A stretch of DNA of 64,000 bases, taken from assembly GCA_050014195.1 (NCBI GenBank), contig JBEKDT010000002.1:256001-320000 (forward strand), in the 5' to 3' direction. Source of the DNA: Desulfomonilia bacterium (GTDB lineage: Bacteria; Desulfobacterota; Desulfomonilia; UBA1062). Made by a program: the position numbers and the translations under genes. Below the pieces are notes generated by a model. The model saw nothing but the letters and a program-made list of their open reading frames with translations. It made no database searches and was not told the origin of the DNA. This document shows, piece by piece, positions 29,086 to 38,353 of this stretch. Each line of letters opens with the position of its first letter. Positions within the stretch are counted from its first letter, which is position 1.

Positions 29086-29814
29086 CACTCGTCAGTCTGG
29101 GCATAGCACCTTCACAACAGAGCTTATACCTCAAGATATTCACGTTGTAGGTAATAAATAATCGCACTCAAGGATTCTTCTTACATTGGTGATCCCATGA
29201 ATGGTCGATCATGATGAAGTATACATGAAAGCGTAAAATTTGTTCCAACAGATCTGCTCTGACCCTATGTGATCAGCTTCATTGATCTTGAATACAGATC
29301 ACTCATCAATCTGACAGGGGGTATCTGCAGCTCCCCTATTAGATTTTACTAAAAAAGACTATTAAAGCTTGATGTTAGGCCATTGATGCAAGAATCCAAG
29401 CCTGTATAGAATTTTTCGACTCTGACCTCACGTCCTTAATCGTAAGGCCCGACGCGGTAACTGTCTTCCTGATGTCCTTAATGCACTGAGTTAGTAGTTT
29501 GAAGATCCTCTTCTGAGTTCGCTCTATATTAGACTGTTTCTCACCAATACGTTCCATGATTCCCTCTCTTTCTCCTATAGGCATGATACCCCTCTCAAGA
29601 CGCAATACAACACAATTCGACATGGGCTTGGTGAAACAAGTGTGAAAGGACAAGGTTCATAAGACAGAAGAGCATTAAACTGTCTTAGATCATCTAAGCA
29701 TATATTAATCGTTTGCTGCATAGATCTTATTTGAAGGCCTTCCTTAATCAGATCCTGAGAATTAATCCAGTAATATTTATTATTATAATATAATGTAATG
29801 CCGAATAGCTTCAT

Positions 29815-30783
29815 ATGGAATTATTTCGGCCAATCCCCATTGATGTCATACAGATCAACGAGAAGTCCGTAGTGGACCTTTTTATAAGGCAAGATGACAG
29901 GCTAGTGCCCTTGCTTGAGAAGGGAGGTGTTTTCACCAGGGAGCACCTTATAAATCTTAATCGCTACGGTGCCAGAAAAATATTCATACGGGGCAAAGAA
30001 AATATTGCCTTTGCAGAATATGTCAGTTCTTACTCAGACAGGATTCTCACTGACCCGACTGTTCCCTCCAAAGTCAAGGCTGCAACCTTCTATGTCTCTT
30101 CCGTCCATGCCCTCAAGAAAGCATTTGATGATCCGAATGAGGAACGGATCAAGGAGATAAAGAAAACACTTAAGCCCATGCTTCAGAACATCATGAAAAA
30201 CCAAGTCCTGTTGAGTGACCTTTTCTCCATCACGGAGTATGATTTCAACACATATACTCATAGCGTCAATGTTGGAATCTTCGCTACCTCGCTTGCCATA
30301 ACTTATTACAAGGGTGGCAGCACAGTCAGAATGGAGGAACTTGAACGTCTGAGCTATGGATATTTCCTCCATGATATCGGTAAATCCAAAATACCCCTTA
30401 GCATACTCAAGAAGAAGGGAAAACTGAGCCAAGATGAATGGGTCATAATGAAGAAACACCCCGAATGGGGTTATACCATCCTCATGGAGACTGGTCACCT
30501 CACAGAAGAGGCTGCTTACATTTCTATGCAACATCATGAGCGGCCGGACGGCTCGGGGTATCCCTCAGGAATGACGGATATCCACCCCTGCGCTCGAATC
30601 TGTACAATTGCAGACATATTCGAAGCATTAACATCTGTTCGTCCCTATAAGACCGCTATGAGGCCATTCGATGCTCTAAAGATTATCAAGAATGAGGCTT
30701 TAACTGAATTTGACCAAAGCCTGCTGAAAACCTTGATCAGATTGTTAGGGCCACAAGCTGAACACGTACAAATATCTCATTAA
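29815..30783 (+). CDS. HD-GYP cyclic dinucleotide phosphodiesterase
   Basis: YTHSVNV, LHDIGK, HHERPDGSGYP, ADIFEALTSVRPYK. Confidence 0.95.
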   Translation: MELFRPIPIDVIQINEKSVVDLFIRQDDRLVPLLEKGGVFTREHLINLNRYGARKIFIRGKENIAFAEYVSSYSDRILTDPTVPSKVKAATFYVSSVHALKKAFDDPNEERIKEIKKTLKPMLQNIMKNQVLLSDLFSITEYDFNTYTHSVNVGIFATSLAITYYKGGSTVRMEELERLSYGYFLHDIGKSKIPLSILKKKGKLSQDEWVIMKKHPEWGYTILMETGHLTEEAAYISMQHHERPDGSGYPSGMTDIHPCARICTIADIFEALTSVRPYKTAMRPFDALKIIKNEALTEFDQSLLKTLIRLLGPQAEHVQISH

Positions 30784-31015
30784 GATATTGAAGCATCAGT
30801 AAAACCATGGATATCTTCGATAGATCTCATCCAACTCTATTTCATTTGAGAAGAATATCTTGGAACGATCTATAAGGCTCTACTCAAAGAATGTTTGACT
30901 ATCAGCCTTATGGGTCCCTTTGCAACCCTTCCATCACGCCACCAAGGAGCCACTTATCTCAATTTCAAGCAGTAACCTATCTTACATCCCGTCACTGCGG
31001 AGCACGGTGCGCTGT
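30781..31015 (+). repeat. ~237-bp non-coding direct repeat, copy 2
   Basis: See 27391-27628; its first three bases are the HD-GYP stop codon. Confidence 0.93.
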
Positions 31016-31022
31016 GGGAACC

Positions 31023-31493
31023 TTATTTATACATCCATTCCAGGGCCTTTACATAGATGTGGTAGCTCGCCTGTATCATGGATATGATCTCTTCCTTGGT
31101 AAAACGCTGTCCTTGGCCGATGCCGGGGCATCTCAGCCTGGCATCATCCCAGGCAACAATAGAACGCATGTTCTGGAACCAGAAGGGAAAGGTTACGCAC
31201 TGGATGGGTCTGACGGGATAGATGACACACCCGTTCTCATAAAATATACACCTCCCCTGTTCGGCCTCCCGTGCGGTGTAGCCGTCCTTGAATGGGTCGA
31301 GCATCCTTTCTGTCAGCACCTCTACCGTTATATCGAGAAATGAGGCTATCCCAGCGGCCTCATCCTGATCCATATAGACGATACCAGGCTCACCGGTACA
31401 GCATGTACCGCACCGGGTACATTGGAACTTGAGCCCTTTGTCGAAGAAGTATTTCCTGTGCTTGAGTGATTCAACAAATCCGTGTTTACTCAT
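31023..31493 (-). CDS. YkgJ-family cysteine cluster protein
   Basis: CTRCGTCC, CIFY..GCVIYPVRPIQCVTFPFW, CPGIG. Confidence 0.9.
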   Translation of the reverse strand: MSKHGFVESLKHRKYFFDKGLKFQCTRCGTCCTGEPGIVYMDQDEAAGIASFLDITVEVLTERMLDPFKDGYTAREAEQGRCIFYENGCVIYPVRPIQCVTFPFWFQNMRSIVAWDDARLRCPGIGQGQRFTKEEIISMIQASYHIYVKALEWMYK

Positions 31494-31685
31494 TGTGATG
31501 TCCTATCTTATTTTCTTGAATTGACAACCTTATGATATTACTACACCATTCTCAGTTTGGCTCATACTATTTCATGTCTGGGATATATAGTACACCGATG
31601 AATAAAATACCAAAAAAAATACTTGCCATTTCAGAATAATTCCTATACCAACCAAGCAGGATACCAGGAAAGGAGAGGTGCTACA

Positions 31686-31859
31686 ATGGCTTACGTAATT
31701 ACAGATGAATGCATCGCCTGCGGTACTTGCATCGATGAATGTCCGGTTGAAGCTATCAGTGAGGGTGATGACAAGTATTCCATCGATCCGGAATTGTGCA
31801 CCGATTGCGGTGCTTGTGCGGACGCCTGCCCCACAGACGCCATAGAGCCTGGGGAATAA
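31686..31859 (+). CDS. 2[4Fe-4S] ferredoxin (57 aa)
   Basis: MAYVITDECIACGTCIDECP...CTDCGACADACP; SD GGAG/GAGG upstream. Confidence 0.96.
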   Translation: MAYVITDECIACGTCIDECPVEAISEGDDKYSIDPELCTDCGACADACPTDAIEPGE

Positions 31860-31873
31860 GGATACTTCATCAC

Positions 31874-31903
31874 AAGGCCCGGGGCTCGTGCCTTCCGGGC
31901 CTT
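31874..31903 (+). terminator. Hairpin after the ferredoxin gene
   Basis: AAGGCCCGG / CCGGGCCTT followed by a T-rich tail. Confidence 0.7.
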
Positions 31904-32147
31904 ATCATTTCCATTCAGATCTTTTCTTAATCACCAACACATGAGCAAATCGTTCACTTTTTCTCTCTACTGCCCTTCATGAATATGACTTTTTATTAAG
32001 ACCCCCCGCCTGATCTCTTCGCATGAACATATCGTCTCAGGGATCAGGACGAGGGCATGTATTGATCACACCGGCCGCATCTGGTTGCTTATCTTTTTTA
32101 AACCCTTATGAACGTGCGGACAGAAGTGAATGAGAATATTGCCGCAA

Positions 32148-32438
32148 TCAGCCTTTGCTTGTGAGCCTGGACCTCAGCACGTTGGATAAGGAAAAGGTGA
32201 CCACCCTCCTCGGAGAGATAGTGATCTCCTGTGCGGTCTTCGGGTTCCGGCCGCGCCGTGCAGTCTTCTCCCTGATCTTCCATTTCCCGAATCCGGAGAT
32301 GCTTACCGGCTCCTTCTTTCCCAGATTCGCCTTGATGATATCGATGAACGTCTCGATCCCATCACTGGCCTCTTTCCTGGATAGGCCTGTATTCAGAACG
32401 ATCTCATCAATGATGCCGCTCTTTGTGAGGGTCCCCAT
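32148..32438 (-). CDS. ihfA: Integration host factor subunit alpha
   Basis: LTK, SISGFGKW, RRGRNPKT, ISPRRVVTF. Confidence 0.88.
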   Translation of the reverse strand: MGTLTKSGIIDEIVLNTGLSRKEASDGIETFIDIIKANLGKKEPVSISGFGKWKIREKTARRGRNPKTAQEITISPRRVVTFSLSNVLRSRLTSKG

Positions 32439-32666
32439 ATGGCACTTACCTCCTTTGTGTTCAATGAGATAACTATAACTACATAAAATTATTAATGCGG
32501 ATACCCGCTCATGTCAATATCCGATTGTTTTAGTGGGCATTTTTTATCTTGTAACCTCTTATTAATATTACACCAGGAAAATCTTCGTGTAGATATCAAC
32601 ATGCTTATCTCTTAATATGCGTTTGAGTCTCCTCAATTGTTTGGGCTCAATCATTACGATTCCAGG

Positions 32667-33023
32667 TTACACCTTGATCTCACAGGCACCAAAGCCGTCC
32701 CATTCGCTTATGGGCTTGCTCGATGTGACGGCAAAGCATTTTTTCCCTGCGTCATCACGAGAGGAGATAGTAATATCCCCTGCAAGCTCATATGTCTCCA
32801 TACTGATAATAAATGTCACTCCTTCCTCTTCATGGACAAGGTCTGCTTCGGTAGCCATATCAATGCGGAGGCCAAGAGAAGGATCACAGCATCCCGTGAA
32901 ACAGAGCTCTATCCGTACAGGCCCCTGTGATTCCTTCACGGCGAGGAAGTCCTTGATGGACTGCAGTGCTGTCCCTTCAATTCTGACTTGAATATTCTTC
33001 TTCCCCTTCCCTTTCAACTTCAT
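32667..33023 (-). CDS. HesB/IscA-like protein
   Basis: VRIELCFTGCCDPSLGLRID...D.V....GVTF, C-terminal GFGAC. Confidence 0.7.
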   Translation of the reverse strand: MKLKGKGKKNIQVRIEGTALQSIKDFLAVKESQGPVRIELCFTGCCDPSLGLRIDMATEADLVHEEEGVTFIISMETYELAGDITISSRDDAGKKCFAVTSSKPISEWDGFGACEIKV

Positions 33024-33291
33024 GTACTGCCCCTCCCGTCCGTCACTATTATAATGTTAATACGCCTGGGTGTATATATTCATGATATCAGCCGGGTCAT
33101 TGACAGGGCGGGTATTGAACAGGTTCGCCGTATTAAATGAACAGAACTTCAAAATAAGTGGAGTGAACGGGATAATTCGCCAGGCATAAAATCATATTCA
33201 ACAGGGCAATAATCACTACCTAGCAAGAATATACTTGACAATATAATACGCATCAGTAATATATGTATAAAACTAAAATGGGTGTGAAATA

Positions 33292-33789
33292 ATGGGATCA
33301 AAAAAATTATGTGATTATAAATATTTTACCTCAACCCCCAAGGACTGCCCCTACTACCTGATAACCCGCGTCTCTCTGGCAGCCACGTCGGTCTTCAAGA
33401 AGGTGTTTGCAGAGGCAGGGCTTACGGAGTTGAAACCCGCCTACATCGGCACGCTCATGAGCCTGTGGAACGAGGATGGATTGAAGGTGATCGAGCTGGG
33501 CCGCAGGGCCGGCCTGGAACCTTCCACCATGACCGGCCTCATGGACCGGATGGAGCGGGACGGCCTGGTGAAGCGGGTCGCTGATCCGGATGACCGGAGG
33601 GTGCTGAAGATATTCCTTACCGATGCCGGGCGCGCGATTCAAGACACGGTAGCCGCAACAGTCGATCACGTCATGGCCCAGGTGCTCTTAGGGATAGATG
33701 ATGATGATGTCACACACCTGAAAGACACGCTGCGCAAGGTGCTTGCCAATGTCCATGAGGAGAACTTCGATGAGCAATCAGAGAAATGA
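33292..33789 (+). CDS. MarR-family regulator
   Basis: EPSTMTGLMDRMERDGLVKRVADPDDRRV; TTGACA -35 at 33235-33240. Confidence 0.93.
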   Translation: MGSKKLCDYKYFTSTPKDCPYYLITRVSLAATSVFKKVFAEAGLTELKPAYIGTLMSLWNEDGLKVIELGRRAGLEPSTMTGLMDRMERDGLVKRVADPDDRRVLKIFLTDAGRAIQDTVAATVDHVMAQVLLGIDDDDVTHLKDTLRKVLANVHEENFDEQSEK

Positions 33790-34819
33790 GGCAATCGGGT
33801 ACGCCTGTGCGTATACCCCGCTTGTGCTGCTTTATGCGGCAAAGTACCGCCCGTATCGGGTGTTGCCCCGGACCGAGAGTCAGGACCAGGCAGGCCTTCA
33901 CCTCCACGACAACCTGTGCCCGCATGTGAAGCGTATTCTCGACCGTGCCATGGGGGGCGATCTTCCGGAGCTCAAGGCTATGGTCTTCATGAACAGCTGC
34001 GATGCCATGCGGAGGCTGTCCGATGCCTGGGCAAAGGTCCGGGGCCACGACAGAACCATCCTGGTGGACCTCCCGTCAATCTCCGACAGCCATGCTGTGA
34101 GGTTCTTTGCCGAAGAGCTCAGGCGCCTGGGCAGGTCACTCCGGCAATGGAGCGGCAATCCCCTGACTGATGATCTCATCCGGGAAGGCATACATGAATA
34201 CAACCGGCTCTCAAGAGCCCTTTCCACCCTGGCGGCAAGGGTCCATAAAGAAGGCGGACAGGCAAGCCTCCAGGAGGCCTATATAAAGGCTGCCACAGAA
34301 CCACTTCCGGATGCGATCCGGTTCGTCGATGGCCTTCTATCCGGGGATATGCCTGCAAAGGCTGCGGGCCAATCATCCGCCATCTTCCTGTTCGGGAATA
34401 TCCTGCCCGACAGGGATGCCTTCGATCTCTTCGAGGCCTGCGGGGTTCACATTGCCGACGAGGATCTCTGCACCGGATCACGGATGTTTCAGCCCATCGA
34501 GATTCCTGAAGGGGAAGACCTCTACCTGGGCCTTTCCCGGGCGATCCTCACCCGCAAGCCCTGTGCGCGCACCTTTGACCCGGCACGGCCGGGTCAAATC
34601 GCTTTTGACATGATTGAAAGCGCAAAGGCCTGCAATGCGGCAGGAGCGATATGCCACACAGCCAAGTTCTGCGACCCCTACCTTGCACGCCTGCCCTTTA
34701 TCCGCGAGGTATTCAGGAAAGAGGGAATGCCGCTGCTTGTACTCGAGGGCGACTGCACCATGCGGTCGATGGGCCAGCACAGAACAAGGATAGAAGCCTT
34801 TATTGAAATGTTGGGGTAA
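33770..34819 (+). CDS. 2-hydroxyacyl-CoA dehydratase / BCR-family subunit (HgdB/BcrC-like)
   Basis: CAYTP, NLCPHVK, NSCDAMRR, EDLCTGSR, KFCDPY, RTRIEAFIE. Confidence 0.9.
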   Translation: MSNQRNEAIGYACAYTPLVLLYAAKYRPYRVLPRTESQDQAGLHLHDNLCPHVKRILDRAMGGDLPELKAMVFMNSCDAMRRLSDAWAKVRGHDRTILVDLPSISDSHAVRFFAEELRRLGRSLRQWSGNPLTDDLIREGIHEYNRLSRALSTLAARVHKEGGQASLQEAYIKAATEPLPDAIRFVDGLLSGDMPAKAAGQSSAIFLFGNILPDRDAFDLFEACGVHIADEDLCTGSRMFQPIEIPEGEDLYLGLSRAILTRKPCARTFDPARPGQIAFDMIESAKACNAAGAICHTAKFCDPYLARLPFIREVFRKEGMPLLVLEGDCTMRSMGQHRTRIEAFIEMLG

Positions 34820-34824
34820 GAGAC

Positions 34825-36057
34825 ATGCTTAAAGATTATTTCGAAAACCTGGAAAAGGGAATCGTATCATCTATTCAGGAACAGGGTGGCAAAGCGAGCC
34901 CGCGGAAGCTCTACTCCCTTGAGATCGCACGGGTCGGTAAACGGCTCTATTCCGGGACGAACAAGGTGGCCTGGTGCGGTGTCACCGCACCCTTCGACCT
35001 CCTGTACGCCATGGGCCTGACCTCCTGCTTCGTTGAATTTGTCGGGGCCATGCTTGCCTCCACCGGCATGGTGGGGGACATCATTGAGGTGGCGGATCAT
35101 GTGGGTTATTCATCGGATGTCTGCAGCTACCACCGGGCCGTGACCGGTGCTGCCATCAAAGGGCTCATGCCCAGGCCGGAGCTCCTTGTGGGCACAACGA
35201 ACCCATGCAGCGGCGGGCTTGGCGTGATCGAGAACCTTGCACGGCACTTCAGCAAGCCGCTCTTTATCCTGAACATCCCCCAGGGCGACTCCGATCATGA
35301 TGTGGCGTATCTCGCCGGGCAGATGAGAGACCTCACCGAGTTCGTCAGCACCCATACCGGGAATAAGCTCGACAGGGAAAGGCTCAAAGCCGTCATCGAG
35401 AACACCAACAAGGCCAGGGAGCTCCTGATCGAGGTTTTCGACCTGGCAAAACAGAGCCCTTCGCCGGCCAATAATAAGGATCTGAACAATTTCCTCATCT
35501 CCCTGGCCCTCATCCTCGGGAGGGAGGAATGCGTCGATCTGGCAAAGGCCTACCGCGACGAGTTTGCACGCCGGATAGCGAACAACCAGAGCGGGGTTGA
35601 AGGCGAGAAAATCCGCCTCATGTGGATACAGAACCGCATCCAGTTCCGCAACCCGCTGGAAAAGGTCCTCGAGAATGAATACAAGGCATTGATCGTCATC
35701 GATGAGCTCAACGACATTGCGTGGGACCCCATTGATCCGGATGATCCCTTCGAGGGGCTTGCCCGGAGGTCCATGTCGATCTCATTCAACGGCACGAGCT
35801 TCCGCCGCATCGAGAGCCTGAAGCGGCTTGCAAAAGATTACAAGATCCACGGCGCCATCAACCCCTGCAACTGGGGATGCAGGCAGGGCACCGGGACACG
35901 GGGGCTGATCGAGGCAGGCTTACGCGATATCGGCGTACCGGTGTTGAACCTCGAGGTAGACTGCGTGGATGAGCGCAAGTTTACCGAGGGGCAGTTCAGA
36001 ACCCGGATCGAGGCCTTTATGGAGATGATCCAATCAAACCCGTCTCCCTGGCAGTAA
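34825..36057 (+). CDS. 2-hydroxyacyl-CoA dehydratase / BCR-family subunit (HgdA/BcrB-like)
   Basis: DVCSYHR, TTNPC, WGCRQ, VDCVD.R, RTRIEAFMEM. Confidence 0.9.
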   Translation: MLKDYFENLEKGIVSSIQEQGGKASPRKLYSLEIARVGKRLYSGTNKVAWCGVTAPFDLLYAMGLTSCFVEFVGAMLASTGMVGDIIEVADHVGYSSDVCSYHRAVTGAAIKGLMPRPELLVGTTNPCSGGLGVIENLARHFSKPLFILNIPQGDSDHDVAYLAGQMRDLTEFVSTHTGNKLDRERLKAVIENTNKARELLIEVFDLAKQSPSPANNKDLNNFLISLALILGREECVDLAKAYRDEFARRIANNQSGVEGEKIRLMWIQNRIQFRNPLEKVLENEYKALIVIDELNDIAWDPIDPDDPFEGLARRSMSISFNGTSFRRIESLKRLAKDYKIHGAINPCNWGCRQGTGTRGLIEAGLRDIGVPVLNLEVDCVDERKFTEGQFRTRIEAFMEMIQSNPSPWQ

Positions 36058-36078
36058 GGTTAGGAAGGAGCGTTTATC

Positions 36079-36867
36079 ATGTACTATCTGGGTATCGACA
36101 TCGGCAGCCTGTCATGTGATGCGGTCCTGATCGACCGGGAACGGAATATGGTTGCAACATCAGTGGTGCCCACCGGCGCCAGGAACCGTGAGGCCATTGC
36201 CATGGCCACCGAGTTTGTGCTGAGCCGGGCCGGGATTTCGCGGGACAAGGTGAAGGCAGTCGTATCAACCGGTTATGGACGTGACAGGGTTGAGGAAAAG
36301 CTTACATCTGTTACGGAGATAACATGCCATGCCAAGGGAATACAGTCTCTCCATAGCGGCGCCAAGGTGCTGATCGATATCGGCGGCCAGGACAGCAAGT
36401 GCATCCTCATGTCGGACAAAGGGACTGTGGTGAACTTTGCCATGAACGACAAATGCGCGGCAGGGACCGGCCGTTTTCTGGAGGCCATGGCCCGTGCTCT
36501 CCAGGTGGACATCAACGATATGGGAGATCTCGATGCCGGGGCAGATGGCGCGCTCACCATCAGCAGCATGTGCACGGTTTTTGCCGAGAGCGAGGTGGTC
36601 TCGCTCATTGCGGAAGGGGCCGGAGTGAACGAGATCGTCAAGGGACTGAACCGTTCCATTGCATCCCGTACGGTCTCGCTGATAAAACGTGTCGTACCGG
36701 ACTTTTCCGGGATGCAGTTTGCCATGTCCGGCGGAGTTGCCAGGAACAAAGGCGTGGTACGTGCTATCGAAGAGGCATTGGACTATAATGTTTTTGTCCC
36801 GGAGATACCTGACACCGTGGGAGCCCTGGGTGCCGCCCTCTTCGCCATCGAAAGGAGCCTGCAATAG
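36079..36867 (+). CDS. Acyl-CoA dehydratase activase (HgdC/BadG ATPase)
   Basis: GIDIGS, STGYGR, EITCHAKG, DIGGQDSK, MNDKCAAGTGRFLE, SSMCTVFAESEV. Confidence 0.95.
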   Translation: MYYLGIDIGSLSCDAVLIDRERNMVATSVVPTGARNREAIAMATEFVLSRAGISRDKVKAVVSTGYGRDRVEEKLTSVTEITCHAKGIQSLHSGAKVLIDIGGQDSKCILMSDKGTVVNFAMNDKCAAGTGRFLEAMARALQVDINDMGDLDAGADGALTISSMCTVFAESEVVSLIAEGAGVNEIVKGLNRSIASRTVSLIKRVVPDFSGMQFAMSGGVARNKGVVRAIEEALDYNVFVPEIPDTVGALGAALFAIERSLQ

Positions 36868-36958
36868 GGCTATTAATAAAATCGATGGATCTTCAAAAAC
36901 ATCGCACAAAAAAGTCCTTAAGACTTTATGGCAAGAACATGGATAACGGGGGTAACCA

Positions 36959-37735
36959 ATGAGCGAGACAACAAAAGAAAAGATTAAAAAATATGCATTG
37001 GACCTTGGTGTGGAGGATGTCGGATTCGGAGCGGTATCTGACTATAACAGTCCCTTGTCTCCCAAAATTGAAACGATTTTCCCAGGAGCAAAGAGTCTGG
37101 TCGTCATGGCTTTCAGGGAGTTGTCAAACTGCGAGAGCGATAACAAAAGGATTGCCATGGGCGGAAGGCTCGATAGCATGGAATTCGCGAGATCATGTAA
37201 CTATAAGCTCTCACGATTTATTGAGAGAGAGTTTAACAGCAAGTCCATGTCCACACCGCTGTCATATCCTTTGAACATGCAGCCTGAAACCAGGTATGGC
37301 CTGATAGCAGATTTTTCTCAACGCCATGCTGCCCTTGCAGCAGGATTAGGGAATTTAGGGCGGCACAATCTTGTGATTCATCCGAGATTGGGCTCCCGGG
37401 TGATTTTTTCAACAATCCTGACTGAACTGGAGCTGCCCTCTGATCCTCCGGTAAAAGAGGATCTCTGCATCCATTGCAACATCTGTGTGGAGAATTGTCC
37501 TGGCCGGGCACTCGATGAAGAAGGAAAGACCGATGAATTTAAGTGCATGAAACATTCGCAACCATATGGGCTGTCAGGGAATATCAAATTCTGGATGAAA
37601 TTTATCGATAGTAGTCCTGATGAACAAAAAAAGATGATGATAAGCCCCAAATATATGAGCTTGTACCAATCGGCGTTCATCGGCTTTGAATACCACTGTT
37701 TCAAGTGTTACCTATCATGCCCTGTCGGCCAATGA
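36959..37735 (+). CDS. Epoxyqueuosine reductase/reductive dehalogenase-like 4Fe-4S protein
   Basis: FSQRHAALAAGLGNLG...L..HP..G.R, CIHCNICVENCP, HCFKCYLSCP. Confidence 0.85.
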   Translation: MSETTKEKIKKYALDLGVEDVGFGAVSDYNSPLSPKIETIFPGAKSLVVMAFRELSNCESDNKRIAMGGRLDSMEFARSCNYKLSRFIEREFNSKSMSTPLSYPLNMQPETRYGLIADFSQRHAALAAGLGNLGRHNLVIHPRLGSRVIFSTILTELELPSDPPVKEDLCIHCNICVENCPGRALDEEGKTDEFKCMKHSQPYGLSGNIKFWMKFIDSSPDEQKKMMISPKYMSLYQSAFIGFEYHCFKCYLSCPVGQ

Positions 37736-37890
37736 CACCTATCCATGATAATACTCTAGACTGATGACGGAAACGTGAGCCAGCCATGAGGACATGGCTC
37801 CGGTCCCCTCACTGCCCACGAACTCAAGCGTTTACTTGACGCTTTCCTGGAAAAGGCCAGGGTGAAGAAGATGAGGCCGTATGATATGCG

Positions 37891-38235
37891 CTATCCGAAT
37901 GGATGATATGAATGCTTTGGAGAATTTATGAGACCCATATCACGGGTCATGATGAGCTTTATGTCGGAAATCTTGATCATCTGGACCTCGTGGTTCACCC
38001 CGTAGGTGAATGGGAACAGGTGGATCTTGCCTGCCAGATCGTCCTCTTCAATGGGAGAGATCATAAGCTTCCACCTGAAGGACCGCATACGGGGGACTAT
38101 AACCTTGAGATCCTCCCATGAGAAGCACTCGTTCCAGTAATCTTCCTCCTGGATACCCGTCGGGGTTGGATTATCTTTGATGATCTCATACCTTCCCGAG
38201 GAAGGTACGGATACCTGGATGTTGTATCTCCTCAT
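37891..38235 (-). CDS. Hypothetical protein
   Basis: 114-aa ORF with AGGAAG SD, downstream of radA; no recognisable family. Confidence 0.55.
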   Translation of the reverse strand: MRRYNIQVSVPSSGRYEIIKDNPTPTGIQEEDYWNECFSWEDLKVIVPRMRSFRWKLMISPIEEDDLAGKIHLFPFTYGVNHEVQMIKISDIKLIMTRDMGLINSPKHSYHPFG

Positions 38236-38353
38236 GTACTTCCTATCGTCATGTAAAGAGACGGCCTTGAGTGCTCCCTTAAGAGTTTCCGATCAGTATG
38301 GTTAACGATAAGTTGGGTAAAGCCGTCGCCGGGAAAGACGGATTTATTGCCGA

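Noticed and set aside
29375-29814. Two short minus-strand ORFs (92 and 79 aa)
   Set aside because: No recognisable motifs, they overlap each other and the HD-GYP upstream region; cannot be supported as genes
30891-31343. ORFs running through the 237-bp repeat (also 27546-27890)
   Set aside because: Antisense or out-of-frame overlaps with real genes; indels between the repeat copies break any shared frame
32667-33023. HesB-like gene as a selenoprotein
   Set aside because: The frame is open with Cys codons (GCCDP); no in-frame TGA
37761-37780. CTGATGA...GAAAC as a hammerhead ribozyme
   Set aside because: Only 2 nt between the core strands, and no convincing stems I/III with a cleavage triplet
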